The notes: generated by a model not told the origin, from the letters alone. Shown: positions 54,808 through 64,000, numbered from the stretch's first letter. The stretch: DNA of 64,000 bases from Candidatus Eiseniibacteriota bacterium (GCA_029262235.1 JAJCZU010000004.1:771330-835329); one strand, 5' to 3'. Numbers and translations are program-made.

Positions 54808-55635
54808 CTACTTCTTCGCGATCAGATACGCAATCCACGCCACCGCGTCGTCGCCCTTCTTCACCGGGCGGAAGACGCCGTTCCCGTCGCCGTCCTTGTC
54901 GGTGCCTTCCCAGAAGACGGTCACTTCGCTGTAGCCCGTTTCGTAAAGCAGGTCTTTCACTTCGACGAGATTCCAGAGCCGCCAGTCGTACGTGAACGCT
55001 TTCTTCATCTTGCTTCCGTCGGGGAACTTGAAGTGGATGTAGCAGCGATAGTCGCCGGTGACCGGGTCGTAGTAGTCCTGATCCCAGACGTACGTGAAAT
55101 CGTCGTATTCCCACTCTTCGAGCTGCGGGATCATGGCTTCGGGGCCACCGTAAATGTCGAGGTAGAGAAACCCGTCGTCGTTCAACGTTTCGTGAACGGC
55201 GCGGAAGTATTCTGCGAGCGTCTCTCTCTTCTTGAACGCGAAGTACGAGAAATTGTTGGCGCAGATGATGTCGAACTTTTCGTTACCCGGATGCAGCACG
55301 TCCCCTTCCATCAGCTTGACGCGCAGGGCGGCTTCGCCGAGCGGGGGGAGATGCTGCTGACGTCCCCATGCGAGCGGAACGGGGTCGAGGTCGATGCCGA
55401 GCGCGCGATTCTCGGGCGACGTTCGTACGAAACTGCACGCGACCGCGCCGGTGCCGCAGAAGTCCTCACGCAGAGTGCGCGGTTCCTTGTTGAACATCTT
55501 GTTGTACGTTCTGCGGACGAACTTCACTTCCGAGTCGGGATCCTGCACGGACTTGATATAGAGGTCGTACCGATCCGCATTTTTCGAAGCTTTGATCTTT
55601 GAAGTCTTGTGCTTCGCAGCCTTGATCTTTCCCAT
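54808..55635 (-). CDS. Class I SAM-dependent methyltransferase
   Basis: 'EDFCGTGAVA' (motif I) and 'DIICANN' (motif II). ATG at 55635; the upstream part of the track ORF is unlikely to be coding. Confidence 0.6.
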   Translation of the reverse strand: MGKIKAAKHKTSKIKASKNADRYDLYIKSVQDPDSEVKFVRRTYNKMFNKEPRTLREDFCGTGAVACSFVRTSPENRALGIDLDPVPLAWGRQQHLPPLGEAALRVKLMEGDVLHPGNEKFDIICANNFSYFAFKKRETLAEYFRAVHETLNDDGFLYLDIYGGPEAMIPQLEEWEYDDFTYVWDQDYYDPVTGDYRCYIHFKFPDGSKMKKAFTYDWRLWNLVEVKDLLYETGYSEVTVFWEGTDKDGDGNGVFRPVKKGDDAVAWIAYLIAKK

Positions 55636-55940
55636 CACGAGTCCCCTCACGAATCGAAGGTTGCATGGCCCGGCGGGCGCCGGCTGGTGAATGAACGGAG
55701 AATAGGACAGGACCGTTTTCGGGGGCAACAGGGAAAAGTCTTGGTGGGAGCAGAAAAACGGATACAATGTCGAGAGAAACTACCCGGCAGGAACGCAGCG
55801 ATCCATCCGTAAAGTTCCGGGGGCGGGGTTCGGTTTTCGCGTATAGGACGAATGACCCCCTCGGGCGACTATAAATGTGAACCGGAAGGGCAACGGCCCT
55901 GCAGATGGGCAAGGGCCCTACATTCGCGAATGGAGGAGAC

Positions 55941-57056
55941 ATGTCTCGCAATAGACTCCAGGTCGGGTTAGGCCTCCTGGCACTCGGATTCGGAGCGGCT
56001 CTTCTCCCCTTGTCCGCCCTGGCGCAGGACACCGAGGAGATGGGCTTCGACGAAGTGGAAGAACCGGCGCCGGCTGCGCATGCAAGCTGGACCGAGAACA
56101 TTCATATCTCAGGTCGTTTCGATCTGAACCTCGAGAAGTTCAGCCCCGGCGGCGATCCGGGCGGGACCGAACAGTTCCGCAACTATCATCACTTCCTGTT
56201 CGTGAAGGCTTCTCCTTATAAGGACATCAGCTTCTCGGCCGAGGTGCTCGACCAGTCGTACTACGAAATTCAATACACGCTCAGCCCGCGCGCCTCGCTC
56301 AAGGCGGGCAAGATCTGGGTGCCGTTCGGTCTGACCCCGTTCCATCACTTCTACGGCGGCGTGCAGGGAGACCCGTTCACGGGCAAGCTCGTGCCGAACG
56401 TCTGGGCGGAACTGGGCTTTTCGATCGACTACCGCATTCTCCAGGGTGAGGGCGGCAGCTGGAACCTGCACGGCGATACATACGCCATCCGGGGCTTCGA
56501 CGGAGCGCCCGGCACGATTCTCGATCTCTCTTCGGGCGGAAGCGACGACGTGTTCGCCTACGGACAGCGGCTCACGCTGAGCATGCTTTCCTCAAAGGTC
56601 GTCGTGGCCGGCTCGGGGCTCTGGAACGAGTGGGGCCCCGAAGACAAAGAGGCGGTCGTGCTCTGGGGCGGCGATCTCACGGTCGGCTACGGGCTGATCG
56701 ACGTCGCGTTCCTGCGTGACCTTTCGTTTCGCGGAGCGTTTGCGCGCGCCGAGATCAGAGACCCGGCGATCAACGATCTCCGGTTCGACGAAGACAGCGA
56801 CTGGTACTGGAAATACGGCGATTTCGCCGAACTCTCGTACGGTCACTGGCGCCCGGGCGTCACGCTCAAGGCGCGCTTCGGCACGTACGTCGACTTCGGC
56901 GACATCATCACGCAGGAGGACATGCATTCGTTCAATCTCGCGGCGGTCCGCCAGGTCGGCCCGCTCAGCCTGGTTGCTCACTATTTCTGGGTGTTCGAAG
57001 AAGCGAACGAGATCGACAACGACTTCGTGCGTCTCTCGACCATCCTCGCGTTTTAG
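55941..57056 (+). CDS. Outer-membrane beta-barrel (porin-like) protein
   Basis: Signal peptide (MSRNRLQVGLGLLALGFGAALLPLSALAQD); amphipathic beta-strand pattern; C-terminal '...STILAF' with a terminal Phe, as in OMP signatures. Confidence 0.6.
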   Translation: MSRNRLQVGLGLLALGFGAALLPLSALAQDTEEMGFDEVEEPAPAAHASWTENIHISGRFDLNLEKFSPGGDPGGTEQFRNYHHFLFVKASPYKDISFSAEVLDQSYYEIQYTLSPRASLKAGKIWVPFGLTPFHHFYGGVQGDPFTGKLVPNVWAELGFSIDYRILQGEGGSWNLHGDTYAIRGFDGAPGTILDLSSGGSDDVFAYGQRLTLSMLSSKVVVAGSGLWNEWGPEDKEAVVLWGGDLTVGYGLIDVAFLRDLSFRGAFARAEIRDPAINDLRFDEDSDWYWKYGDFAELSYGHWRPGVTLKARFGTYVDFGDIITQEDMHSFNLAAVRQVGPLSLVAHYFWVFEEANEIDNDFVRLSTILAF

Positions 57057-57065
57057 GAGGCTCTG

Positions 57066-57689
57066 ATGCCGGTTCCAGTCAATCTGGTGGGAACAGGGTG
57101 GGGAACTCGTCTGAACGAGCTTTCCCTCACGATCAGGATCCTCTTTACGGCGACCCTGATGACGATGGGCACGGCCTATCTATTCGCGGTCACGAACGTG
57201 GCGCTCTCGGTCGGGCTGACCCCGGCCAAGGTCATCGAGCACTACTGGGGCACGCCCGCGACCCGCGCTTCCATGGAGGCCGACAAGGGCGAAGCGGTCG
57301 CTGCCGAGGAAGAGGAGATGAGCTTCGACGATCTCGAAATGGACGAAGCGGCGTCCGGACCGGTCGTAGCGATCCCGTCGTTCTCGAGCCTCGTGGCCGA
57401 AGGGCATTTTCACCTGTTCGGCTACTCGATGATCTTCTTCATCTGCGGTTTCATCGTCTCGTTTGCCGAGGCGAATCCCATATTCAAGCGCGTGCTCGTT
57501 CTTGCGCCGTTCGTCGGTTCCGTGTTCGACGTCTGGAGCATTTTCCTGACGCGCTTCATCGGTCCCTGGTTTTCCTGGATGGTCATGATGTCGGGCGCTC
57601 TGATGGCCTCATCGTTTCTGATCATCTTTGTCATCTCGATCAAGCAAATGTGGTTCACGAAGAGCCCGAAAGCAAAGGTAGCGGCATGA
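57066..57689 (+). CDS. Integral membrane protein of unknown function (about 4 TM segments, acidic loop)
   Basis: 207 aa with hydrophobic segments and a His pair (EGHFHLFGY). 9-nt gap after the OMP gene. Confidence 0.5.
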   Translation: MPVPVNLVGTGWGTRLNELSLTIRILFTATLMTMGTAYLFAVTNVALSVGLTPAKVIEHYWGTPATRASMEADKGEAVAAEEEEMSFDDLEMDEAASGPVVAIPSFSSLVAEGHFHLFGYSMIFFICGFIVSFAEANPIFKRVLVLAPFVGSVFDVWSIFLTRFIGPWFSWMVMMSGALMASSFLIIFVISIKQMWFTKSPKAKVAA

Positions 57690-58297
57690 ATTACGGAAGA
57701 TTTGGAAAGTTCCTGGTGCTTTGTGCGCTCCCCTTCGTACTCGTCGGCTTTTTTGCCCTGGTGGGTTTTCCGCAGCAGAGCTATGCGCAGTTTGCGGATG
57801 TCGTAACAGTCAAGGCGGCGCTGAAAGAGGCGCTTCAGGCCAACGGAGCGAAGTCACTCGTCAAGCGTGAGGTCGTGCCGACAGCCGAGCAGGCCGCGGA
57901 GATGGCGAAACTGTACGGAATCGAAGCCGGCAAGAAATACACGATGTACACAGGGCTCACGGCTGAGAAGAAGCCGGTGGGCACGGTCGTGATCGTCGAT
58001 GTGGCGGGCTATGAAGGGCCGCTTCAGATGATCATCTGCATCGAGCCCGATTCTGCCTCCGTTTACGACCTCGGCTTCACGATGTTCGCGGAAGAACGTG
58101 GCAAGCCCGCGAAGGAAGCCGGGTATCTCAAGCAGTATATCGGCGCCGACGTTTCCTGGAAGTACGCGCTCGGAAAGGACGTCGACGGCATTACGGGGGC
58201 GACCGGGACTTCGACGGCGGTTGCCGCCGCGGTCAAGATCGGCACCAGCGTTTATGACTATTTCGTGACGCGCGGAAATGGAGTCGTCGAGCCATGA
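57686..58297 (+). CDS. FMN-binding domain protein (NqrC/RnfG/NosR-type covalent flavinylation motif)
   Basis: Signal/TM N-terminus; 'DGITGATGTS' matches D-x-x-(S/T)-G-A-T flavinylation sites. ATGA overlap with the preceding gene. Confidence 0.65.
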   Translation: MNYGRFGKFLVLCALPFVLVGFFALVGFPQQSYAQFADVVTVKAALKEALQANGAKSLVKREVVPTAEQAAEMAKLYGIEAGKKYTMYTGLTAEKKPVGTVVIVDVAGYEGPLQMIICIEPDSASVYDLGFTMFAEERGKPAKEAGYLKQYIGADVSWKYALGKDVDGITGATGTSTAVAAAVKIGTSVYDYFVTRGNGVVEP

Positions 58298-58707
58298 TCA
58301 AGACGATGAGGAACCCGGTTAGAGGGCCTGCCACGCTGATCGCGTGTCTGCTGCTCTTCACGGGGTGCGGCACGTTTCATCCCCTCGAGAGGGGTGGGGA
58401 GGCCGACGGTCTGCCGACCGCGCCCGGGCTGAGCGAAGACGTGAGTTTTGCGAGCAACGTGAAGCCGATTCTTTCGCAGTGCGCGGTCTGTCATGGGAGC
58501 GGCGCGGGCGGATGGACCTACGGCGGCGGCGCGACCGCCTACGTCGAAGCGCGCACCGTTGTCGATCCCGGCGATCCTGCCGCGAGCCTGTTGCTCGCGA
58601 AGGCGTCGGGAGCAGTGAGCCACGGAGGCGGCGCGCCGCTTCCTTCAACCGGAACTAAATACGCGACCGTTCTTACGTGGATCGAAGACGGAGCACTCGA
58701 TAATTAG
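58294..58707 (+). CDS. Small monoheme c-type cytochrome lipoprotein
   Basis: Lipoprotein-like signal peptide (LLFTGC) and a single CxxCH (CAVCHG). ATGA overlap with the preceding gene. Confidence 0.55.
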   Translation: MIKTMRNPVRGPATLIACLLLFTGCGTFHPLERGGEADGLPTAPGLSEDVSFASNVKPILSQCAVCHGSGAGGWTYGGGATAYVEARTVVDPGDPAASLLLAKASGAVSHGGGAPLPSTGTKYATVLTWIEDGALDN

Positions 58708-58726
58708 TCGCAAAGGGAGGCGAGCG

Positions 58727-59800
58727 ATGTTTGTTTCAAAGAGAAGTCTGACCCTGGCGCTGACTCTGGGAATCTTCGCCATGGTGATGACGGCGTGTGA
58801 GAGAACCAAGATTACGCGGATCGTCGAGGAAGCTCCGGTGGGCGGCGAGTCGAACTGCTTCGAGTGTCACAGCGACGCGGCGACGTTCATCGTGGCTGCG
58901 GAACAGCAGTGGATGAACTCGGTGCACGCGAGCAGCCTGAATATCGATCGGGGAGCCAGCGCGTCGTGTGCGGGCTGTCACATCAGCGAAGGTTTCGTGC
59001 AGCGCGCAAGCGGCCTCGAAGTGACCGGCGAAGATAATGCGACGCCGATTCACTGCTTTACGTGTCACGCGCCGCATACGGAAGGCGATTTTTCGCTCCG
59101 GTGGACAGAGCCCGTGACGCTGCAGAACGGTGTAACGGCCGATATCGGGGCCGGCAACCTGTGCGCACAGTGTCACCAGGCACGCCGCGACGTGAACTCG
59201 TATGTCGGCACGATCGGCACCGAGACCGTCTCGATCACAAGCACGCACTGGGGGCCGCATCACGGCAACCAGGCCGACATGTTCATCGGTTCGAACGGCT
59301 ACGAATATGCTGGCTACACGTATCGTGGAGCGTCGCATCTATCCGCGGCGACCAACGGCTGCGTGAACTGCCACTTCGACGCCACGAGCAACAGCGTGGT
59401 CGGCGGGCACTCCTTTAACATGGCCTACACGCTGCGTGACGAAGGCGGAGCCGGCAGTGAAATCCTGAACACGGCTGCCTGTGAAGCGTGTCACTCGGAT
59501 GTGGACGACTTCGACATCAACGACATGCAGACGAACGTGAACGCGCTGATCGCGGAACTCGAAGAGCTGCTCGAAGACGCGGGTCTCTGGACGAACGGTC
59601 ATCCGAACGCGGGCGTCACGACTTCGGTCGATTCGGCGGGCGCGGTCTGGAATCTGCTGATGGCGGAAGAAGACAGAAGCCACGGCGTTCACAATGCGAA
59701 ATACACGGTCGATCTGCTGCAGTCTTCGATCGACTTCATGAAGGGCGAGCTGAAAGGCTCGGACAAGAACGCGGTCTACCAGCGTCACGCGATGCGGTAG
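58727..59800 (+). CDS. Hexaheme c-type cytochrome lipoprotein
   Basis: Lipoprotein-like signal peptide (LGIFAMVMTAC). Six CxxCH motifs: CFECH, CAGCH, CFTCH, CAQCH, CVNCH and CEACH. Confidence 0.7.
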   Translation: MFVSKRSLTLALTLGIFAMVMTACERTKITRIVEEAPVGGESNCFECHSDAATFIVAAEQQWMNSVHASSLNIDRGASASCAGCHISEGFVQRASGLEVTGEDNATPIHCFTCHAPHTEGDFSLRWTEPVTLQNGVTADIGAGNLCAQCHQARRDVNSYVGTIGTETVSITSTHWGPHHGNQADMFIGSNGYEYAGYTYRGASHLSAATNGCVNCHFDATSNSVVGGHSFNMAYTLRDEGGAGSEILNTAACEACHSDVDDFDINDMQTNVNALIAELEELLEDAGLWTNGHPNAGVTTSVDSAGAVWNLLMAEEDRSHGVHNAKYTVDLLQSSIDFMKGELKGSDKNAVYQRHAMR

Positions 59801-59819
59801 GGTTAGCGGCGGGACGCGC

Positions 59820-61160
59820 TCAGGCGTCTCGAGAATCGTACTCTGATTTCACGAGGGAGCGGGAAGGTCGAAACTTCCCGCTCTTCTCGTTTGGCAGCCG
59901 GTCCACCAGCTCGATCCGGAACGACACGCCCGGTCCGAACACTTCTTCCGCGCTCTTCTCGATCCGGCGCAGGTGCGCCCCGCTCGGCTTCTCCCACGCA
60001 ATCGCCCGCAGTACGATGCGGTCCGTCGCTTCCTGCGTCATCTGGTACTGGCGCATCCACGGATCTTCAGACAGCATCGGCACGGTCAGTTCGTACGGAT
60101 GCACCACGCGCCCGCCCGGCAGCGTGAAATAGTCGATCATGCGCCCCGTGACCCGGCGGATCGTGCGGTACGGCGCGCCGCAGGCACAGCGATCTTCCCC
60201 CTGCACCACGATGTCGTCGAGCCTGTATCGCAGGAACGGCATCGTGAACGAGTGAAGGGCCGTGCCGACCGCCTCGCCCTGCTCCCCCGGAGAAGCCGGC
60301 GCGCCGTCTTCGCGCAGCACTTCCAGAATCATGTTGTCGTCAATCACATGCATGTCGCCCGTGGCGGGACACTCGGCCGCGATCATGTTGAACTCGTGGC
60401 TGCCGTACGTCTGGCGAACGGGGGCCGCGAACCCTTCTGCAATCTGCTTTTTCATGAGCGTGGTCGCGACTTCGCCGCCGACCGAAACGAGGCGCACGGG
60501 AGGCGGAGGCGTTCCGGTCTCGATCAAGTGCTGCGCCACACGCGCGAGCGTCGAGGGAAAACCACCGATGACGTCGGCGCGCGCGGCATGAATCTGCTCT
60601 AGAAGATCTTCCGCTTCACGCAGCGTATTGATGCGGTGAGTTCGGTAGCGCCGGAGTGCGTGCCGGGCTGAACGCCACGTTCCCGCCGGCCCTTCCTGCT
60701 GCTCGGAAAAGAGGCCGATGACCACGAGGTTGTCGCCCGCCCGCATGCCGTGACGCCGCAGCTGGCGCGTGCGAAAAAGCGCGAGCAGGGTCTCTTCGCC
60801 CGGAGCGCGCCGAATCGTGAGCGGCTCGCCTGTCGAGCCGCTCGTTCTGTGTGAAATCAGGCCGTTCAACGAAGTGCCCGGCGGAACGAGGTCACCGGCG
60901 GCGCGCCCGGCGAGATCGGCACGCGTAACAAGCGGCAGCCGGTGCAGGTCGGCGGCACCGCGCACGTCGCGCACGTCGAGGCCGGCGCGGGCGAAATGTT
61001 CACGATAGAAGGGAATATGCCGAGCGGCGTGTTGCACGAGGGCGCGGAGTCTTCGGTCCCGAAACGCGTCGATCTTCTCACGGGTCTTGAGACCGCCCGC
61101 GAGAAGATCGACGGTGGATCGCAGCGTTTCGGTTCGGGGCAGCAGTGCGCGCAGGCTCAT
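59820..61160 (-). CDS. Phenylacetate-CoA ligase-like adenylate-forming enzyme (PaaK / CapK / F390-synthetase family)
   Basis: 'TSGSTGEPL' is the AMP-binding P-loop-like motif; PaaK-like length and C-terminal domain. Confidence 0.65.
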   Translation of the reverse strand: MSLRALLPRTETLRSTVDLLAGGLKTREKIDAFRDRRLRALVQHAARHIPFYREHFARAGLDVRDVRGAADLHRLPLVTRADLAGRAAGDLVPPGTSLNGLISHRTSGSTGEPLTIRRAPGEETLLALFRTRQLRRHGMRAGDNLVVIGLFSEQQEGPAGTWRSARHALRRYRTHRINTLREAEDLLEQIHAARADVIGGFPSTLARVAQHLIETGTPPPPVRLVSVGGEVATTLMKKQIAEGFAAPVRQTYGSHEFNMIAAECPATGDMHVIDDNMILEVLREDGAPASPGEQGEAVGTALHSFTMPFLRYRLDDIVVQGEDRCACGAPYRTIRRVTGRMIDYFTLPGGRVVHPYELTVPMLSEDPWMRQYQMTQEATDRIVLRAIAWEKPSGAHLRRIEKSAEEVFGPGVSFRIELVDRLPNEKSGKFRPSRSLVKSEYDSRDA

Positions 61161-61183
61161 GCCCCGATTGTAGCGAATCCGCG

Positions 61184-62596
61184 CTAGCGGATCAGATGCA
61201 GTTTCCGGGTTTCGGCGGTCGCCCCGTCATACTCGAGGCGATAGAGATAGACCCCGCTGGCGGCATCGCGCCCCGCATTGTCGCGCCCGTCCCAGATCGT
61301 CGTATGCGTTCCCGCGCCTTCCGTGCCGGACACGAGCTGGCGCACCACGCGGCCCGACTGGCTGTAGATCGCGAGATTGACCGCGCCGGTCGCGGGGAGC
61401 GAGTAGCGAATGCTGGTCGTGGGATTAAACGGGTTCGGCACGTTCGGCAGCAGCTGCGCCTGCGTGGTCGAAAGCGGCGCACCGTCGGCAACGGAAGTCG
61501 CCGTCTGCAGCCGGATCAGGTAGAGCCCCGTCTGCCGGTCGCTCACGATGATCGTGCCCGACGGGAGATACGGATAGACCCCCCAGGCGCCGTCGTACAC
61601 ACCAGCCCCCGGCTGCGGGTGCGTATCCCAGAAGCCGAGTTCCACTTCGTTGTCGCGATCGCTGAAGTCGACCACGCGAAGACCGTTGCCGTAGTACGCG
61701 ATATACGCCGTGTCGCCCACCGTATGCACGTTATGGGCCGACGTCTCGAATCCGCCCACTTTGTAGCGCGACGTCTGATAGATGTTCTGGTAGTCGGTGA
61801 CGTTCCAGCAGCGAACCGCTCCGTTCGGCTGCTCGTCGGCCGTCACGAACGAGTCATGGCCCTTGAGCGGCGCGATGTGATGGCTCGACCTCCCGTAGTT
61901 GAACGTCGCGAGGTTCACGATGCTCGCCGGATTCGACGTATCGAGAATGCGAAACTCCTGCGCGTTGATGCACGCGACGTACGCCGTATCGTTCTCGACC
62001 CAGAGATCGTGAATGTACTGCGTGTTCCACGTCCCCACCTGAACCGGAGCGATCGGATTGCTGAGGTCCACCATGCGAAACCCCTGGTTCGCGTTCGTGC
62101 CGCAGAGATACGCCATTGAAGAGGTGGTGTCGATGTAGATGTTGTGCGCGGTGGAGAAGTTGCTGCCGAGCCAGTTCGTGACCACGAACGGCGCTTCGGG
62201 ATCCGACATGTCGATGATCTGCATCCCGTGGCCGGTGCCTTCGCTCACGACGTAGGCGTAATGGCCCAGCGTCTTCACGTCGTGCCACCCCGACCCGACG
62301 AGTCCCGGGAGGAACGATACGAACGCCGGGTTCAGCGGATCCGTCACGTTATAGAAGATCGTTCCCGTGTTGTACGTCACGAGCGCGTATTCGTTTCCGT
62401 TCGGCGCCACGTATCCCCAGCAGTCCTGATACCCGTTCGGGTTCGACGGGTAGTCGTTCACGTTGGCGAGAAGGACCGTATTGCAGTGCACGGAATCCTC
62501 CGCGGCGAACGCGGTTCCGCAAAGCAGGGTGCAGAGCAGCGTGCAGAGCACGCCGACGATCATACCAGGACGCATGCGATTGTCTCCTTTGTTCAA
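61184..62596 (-). CDS. LVIVD-repeat beta-propeller protein with a T9SS C-terminal sorting domain
   Basis: Signal peptide; repeated 'YAYV...GL.I.D.S.P' LVIVD-like units; C-terminus '...SGVYLYRLEYDGATAETRKLHLIR'. Confidence 0.6.
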   Translation of the reverse strand: MNKGDNRMRPGMIVGVLCTLLCTLLCGTAFAAEDSVHCNTVLLANVNDYPSNPNGYQDCWGYVAPNGNEYALVTYNTGTIFYNVTDPLNPAFVSFLPGLVGSGWHDVKTLGHYAYVVSEGTGHGMQIIDMSDPEAPFVVTNWLGSNFSTAHNIYIDTTSSMAYLCGTNANQGFRMVDLSNPIAPVQVGTWNTQYIHDLWVENDTAYVACINAQEFRILDTSNPASIVNLATFNYGRSSHHIAPLKGHDSFVTADEQPNGAVRCWNVTDYQNIYQTSRYKVGGFETSAHNVHTVGDTAYIAYYGNGLRVVDFSDRDNEVELGFWDTHPQPGAGVYDGAWGVYPYLPSGTIIVSDRQTGLYLIRLQTATSVADGAPLSTTQAQLLPNVPNPFNPTTSIRYSLPATGAVNLAIYSQSGRVVRQLVSGTEGAGTHTTIWDGRDNAGRDAASGVYLYRLEYDGATAETRKLHLIR

Positions 62597-62616
62597 ACTC
62601 CGATCCGCCGGGCGGA

Positions 62617-63978
62617 TCAGCGGATCAGATTCAGTTTTCGTGTACGAATTTCATTGCCGGCGTGCAGCGAATAAAAGTACGTGCCGCTCGCGACTTCGCG
62701 CCCGTTCGCGTCCGTGCCGTCCCAGACGGCCGTGTGCTCGCCGGATGATTCATGCCCCTGCGCGAGCTGGCGCACGAGGCGGCCCGACAGATCGAAGACG
62801 GCCAGATCGACGAACGCCGGCTCTTCGAGCGCGAAGCGAATGCGCGTCGTGGGGTTGAACGGATTCGGTTCGTTCGGCATCAGCCTCGTCTGAAACGCGA
62901 CAGGAAGGTCGCCCGACTCGACGCCCGTCGCCGTCGCCGGATCCCAGCGCACGAGGAACAACCCCTTCTGCATGTCCGAAAGCACGATCGTACCCGACGA
63001 AAGGAACGGGTAAACGCCCCAGTTGCCGGTGTACGTACCCGGGACATCGCCGAGCGGCGACGTGTCGTACCACGCGGTCAGAAACGAGTTCGGCGGGTCG
63101 GTCATGTCGATGATCCGCAGACCCTCCGTGTAGTAGGACACGTAGCAGATGCTGTCTTTCATGATCGCGTTGTGCGCGGAGGTGAGGCCGGCCTTCTTGT
63201 ACTGGTCGACCTGCACGATGTTCTGGAAGTCGGAGATGTCCCAGACGCGCACCGGGCCCCGCACGGCTTCGTCGCTCGTGACCAGGTAGTCGTGGTTCGG
63301 GTGAACCCAGGCGTTGTGATTCGCCGCGCTCGCGTACGTATGCGTGGCGAGCACGGAAACGCTCGCCGGATTCGAGACATCGAGAATGTGAAAGCCGCCG
63401 AAACTGATCGTGGACGCGTACGCGGTGTCATTCTCGACGTAGAGATCGTGCACGTAGTGTGTGCCCCATGCGCCGAGGAACGACGGGCTCGTCGGCGTCG
63501 AGATATCGAGAATGACCATGCCCGACCCTGTGCCGACGGCGTAGAGCCGCGCGGCCGCCACGTCGACGAAGAGATTGTGCGAGTTCCCCACCGTGGCGTT
63601 GTACGTCGCGACGAGAACCGGATTGTCCGGGCTTGAAACGTCGATGATCTGAATCCCGCCGCCCCCCTCGGTGCCGACGTAGATGTAATCCTGATACGAC
63701 TTGATGTCGCGCCAGCCGTTATTGGGGCCGTTGATGAACTTGACCAGAACCGGATTGGCGGGGTCGGTCACGCGATAGAATGAAGTGCCCGTAAAATGGC
63801 CGATGACAGCGTATTCATCGCCGTTCTTCTCGTAGCCCCATACGTCGGAGTAGCTCTCGGCGTAATCCATCGTGACGGAAAGCAGTGTCACGTCGCAGAC
63901 CAGGCTGTCCGAGGCCTGCGTGGCGGCGGGCAGTGTAAGCATCACAGCGAACATCGTCGCGATAACCAGGGGTTTCAT
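62617..63978 (-). CDS. LVIVD-repeat beta-propeller protein with a T9SS C-terminal sorting domain (tandem paralog)
   Basis: Same architecture as the upstream gene; C-terminus '...GTYFYSLHAGNEIRTRKLNLIR'. About 45% identical to it by eye. Confidence 0.6.
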   Translation of the reverse strand: MKPLVIATMFAVMLTLPAATQASDSLVCDVTLLSVTMDYAESYSDVWGYEKNGDEYAVIGHFTGTSFYRVTDPANPVLVKFINGPNNGWRDIKSYQDYIYVGTEGGGGIQIIDVSSPDNPVLVATYNATVGNSHNLFVDVAAARLYAVGTGSGMVILDISTPTSPSFLGAWGTHYVHDLYVENDTAYASTISFGGFHILDVSNPASVSVLATHTYASAANHNAWVHPNHDYLVTSDEAVRGPVRVWDISDFQNIVQVDQYKKAGLTSAHNAIMKDSICYVSYYTEGLRIIDMTDPPNSFLTAWYDTSPLGDVPGTYTGNWGVYPFLSSGTIVLSDMQKGLFLVRWDPATATGVESGDLPVAFQTRLMPNEPNPFNPTTRIRFALEEPAFVDLAVFDLSGRLVRQLAQGHESSGEHTAVWDGTDANGREVASGTYFYSLHAGNEIRTRKLNLIR

Positions 63979-64000
63979 AGATCCTCCAGGTAGAAATTCA

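Noticed and set aside
1-64000. CRISPR arrays, rRNA or tRNA genes, transposase or integrase genes
   Set aside because: I saw no regularly spaced short direct repeats, no rRNA-like conserved blocks, no cloverleaf-sized conserved segments in the few intergenic gaps, and no transposase- or integrase-like ORFs. The only mobile-looking DNA is the non-autonomous MITE-like repeats.

Overview
This is a high-GC bacterial chromosomal window of about 64 kb, probably from a Gram-negative organism that carries a type IX secretion system. Gene density is high and translational coupling is pervasive: at least ten gene pairs overlap by ATGA or TTGA. Most long Arg/Ala/Pro-rich ORFs in the six-frame track lie antisense to real genes and are GC-driven artefacts. 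I found no rRNA, tRNA or CRISPR array.

Genes I can support, in order along the window:
- a 5'-truncated ORF, a cupin and an SRPBCC/AHSA1 protein;
- a large outer-membrane protein, an Ala/Gly-rich protein and glycerol-3-phosphate dehydrogenase;
- an envelope-glycan locus (6.8-14.5 kb): GT4, NAD-epimerase, SAM-methyltransferase, DUF423, a flippase-like membrane protein and a YfhO-like protein with a TPR tail, plus a thioredoxin;
- an HD hydrolase, an AI-2E transporter and a small zf-HC2-like protein;
- a DUF2064 / DedA / GT2 triad;
- an AT-rich promoter island driving an ArsR regulator and two tandem CPBP proteases;
- NmrA, a Cys-rich secreted protein, a lipoprotein and a Met/His-rich secreted protein;
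- oligoendopeptidase F, then a DUF2779 nuclease-like protein coupled to kynU-kynB;
- a 38-bp long inverted-repeat element, and an SPFH-Arc pair behind a palindromic operator;
- a sulfatase;
- a five-gene PNAG/ica-like exopolysaccharide operon on the minus strand: BcsE-like regulator, PgaA-like porin, PgaC/IcaA-like synthase, small membrane protein and deacetylase, with a GH clan-A hydrolase divergent upstream;
- a T9SS beta-helix protein flanked by inverted MITE-like repeats;
- a VWA plus MoxR-like AAA+ pair;
- molybdenum-cofactor genes moeA-moaA-moaC-MOSC-mobA, translationally coupled to an AmgK-like kinase fused to a RapZ C-terminal domain and a MurU-like nucleotidyltransferase;
- a five-gene cluster: OM beta-barrel, membrane protein, FMN-binding protein, monoheme cytochrome c and hexaheme cytochrome c;
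- a PaaK-like ligase and two LVIVD-repeat T9SS cargo proteins.

The most interesting candidates are the BcsE-like tripartite pseudo-enzyme regulator heading the PNAG-type operon, and the FMN-plus-multiheme-cytochrome OM conduit-like cluster.
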